Assembly (NCBI GenBank): GCA_963822445.1
Contig: CAWGHO010000002.1
Coordinates: 1,280,001-1,344,000, forward strand
DNA from: an uncultured Acidobacteriota bacterium
Lineage (GTDB): Bacteria > Acidobacteriota > Thermoanaerobaculia > Gp7-AA8
Direction: 5' to 3'
DNA: 64,000 nt
The notes beneath the pieces were generated by a model, which made no database searches, had not been told where the DNA came from, and was given only the letters and a program-made list of their open reading frames with translations. Numbering within the stretch: the stretch's first letter is position 1; every line of letters begins with the position of its first letter. Both the position numbers and the translations under genes were made by a program. This document shows positions 60,794 to 64,000 of this stretch, piece by piece.

Positions 60794-61880
60794 TGATCCT
60801 TCGAAGCCTCACCACCCAGAACTTCCGCAACCTCGATCAGGCCGAGACCGCCTTCCATCCCACCTCCAACGTCATCGTCGGCCGCAACGGCCAGGGGAAA
60901 ACCAACCTCCTCGAGGCCATCTACTTCCTCGCCACGACCAAGTCCTTCCGCACCGCGCGGGTGCCGGCGCTGGTCAAATTCGACCAGCCAAGCGTCTTCG
61001 TAAGCGGAGTCCTTCAGCGCGGCGGAGTGGAGCGAACGCTCTCCGTAGGCGTTGAAAGCGGCGAGACCAGGCGCCGCGTACTGTTGATCAACGGCGAAAA
61101 GGTCACTCTGGCGGCCTATCTGAACGCGATGAACGTTTTCGCGTACTCGGCCGCGCGGCTGGAAATCATCCGCGGGACGCCCGAGGAGCGGCGGCGGTTT
61201 CTCGATCGCGGGATCGCCAGCATGAACCCGGCCTACCTCGAGCAGCTCACCCGCTACACCCGCGTCCTCCGCCAGCGGAACGCGCTCCTCGGCGAGATCG
61301 CCTTCCACCGCGCCGCCCAGGCCACGCTCGACGCCTGGGATAACGAGCTCATGGTCGCCGCGGCGGTCGTTCACCGGGCCCGGGCAGCCTACTCCGAGGC
61401 CCTGTCCATGGCCTTCGCGGAAATCGTCGCTGCGCACCGCTACCACGTTGCGAACGTGGAGATGCGTCTACCGCCCGAGCCTCACCGACGATCTGGTCAG
61501 GCACCGCCGCCACGAGCTCAGGGCGCGCATGTCCCTGGCTGGTCCGCAGCGAGATGTCCTCGAGCTTCCTGGTCGATGGCCGGCCCGCGGCGGAGGTCCT
61601 ATCCGGCGGCGAGCAGAAGATGATCGTGCTCTTCCTGAAGTTCGCGAAGCTGGAGCTTTTCCGCCGCCGTCACGACGACGCGCCCCTGTTTCTGCTGGAC
61701 GACATCGATGCCGAGCTCGACCTTCAGATCCTGCAGGATTTGTTGACGAAATTGCCCGTTTCCACACAGGTCTTCGCGACCTCTGCCAAAGAGGCATTTC
61801 TGCAGGTCCTGGAGGCAGGTCCACACCGCCGCCTAACTGTTGAAAACGGAAGAGTTACAGTCGCCCGCGATTTCGCCTGA
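60793..61880 (+). CDS. recF: DNA replication/repair protein RecF; +1 insertions near 61468 and 61565
   Basis: NFRN, GRNGQGKTNLLEA, ERRRFLD, GPQRD, SGGEQK and LLDDIDAELD motifs across three frames. Confidence 0.93.
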
Positions 61881-62009
61881 AATCGCCCCGGAACGGGCAA
61901 TTTCCGGGTACAATTCGGCGTTACCACCCGTGTAGAAAATCCCCGCGAATTCGGCCGCCGTGAGGCGCCCGCGCACCCAGCGAAAAACGCCCCTTAGAAA
62001 GCGAGCCTG

Positions 62010-64000
<1,991 letters not shown>

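Overview
This 64 kb window is GC-rich bacterial chromosome spanning the replication origin. The gene set (VWA and Calx-beta secreted proteins, a split atp operon, long Jag) suggests Acidobacteriota, possibly class Thermoanaerobaculia; this is inference. The right third is the conserved origin cluster: atpF'-F-H-A-G-D-C, bactofilin, parB-parA-rsmG-mnmG-mnmE-jag-yidC-yidD-rnpA-rpmH, then dnaA-oriC-dnaN-recF-gyrB, with two parS sites. The remainder holds housekeeping and envelope genes: a serine biosynthesis operon, uvrA, an OPT transporter, guaD, mdh, an ATP-dependent ligase, metX, topA, a sigma-54 regulator, an M6 protease and other secreted proteins. Many single-base insertions (serC-like/serA junction, uvrA, OPT, NtrC-like gene, recF, gyrB) look like sequencing or assembly errors. 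The main unexplained signals are: (1) an integron attC-like hairpin at 33510-33944 carrying an ORF and candidate promoter inside its loop, with no integrase nearby; (2) several families of REP-like and short-tandem inverted-repeat elements, one inserted in-frame in uvrA, with a mirror-image base-composition bias in their flanks; (3) a sensor-less ChpT-like pseudokinase paired with a sigma-54 activator; (4) a shared basic C-terminal tail on secreted proteins; (5) repeated leaderless-type promoters. I saw no rRNA, tRNA, CRISPR array, transposase or phage genes.
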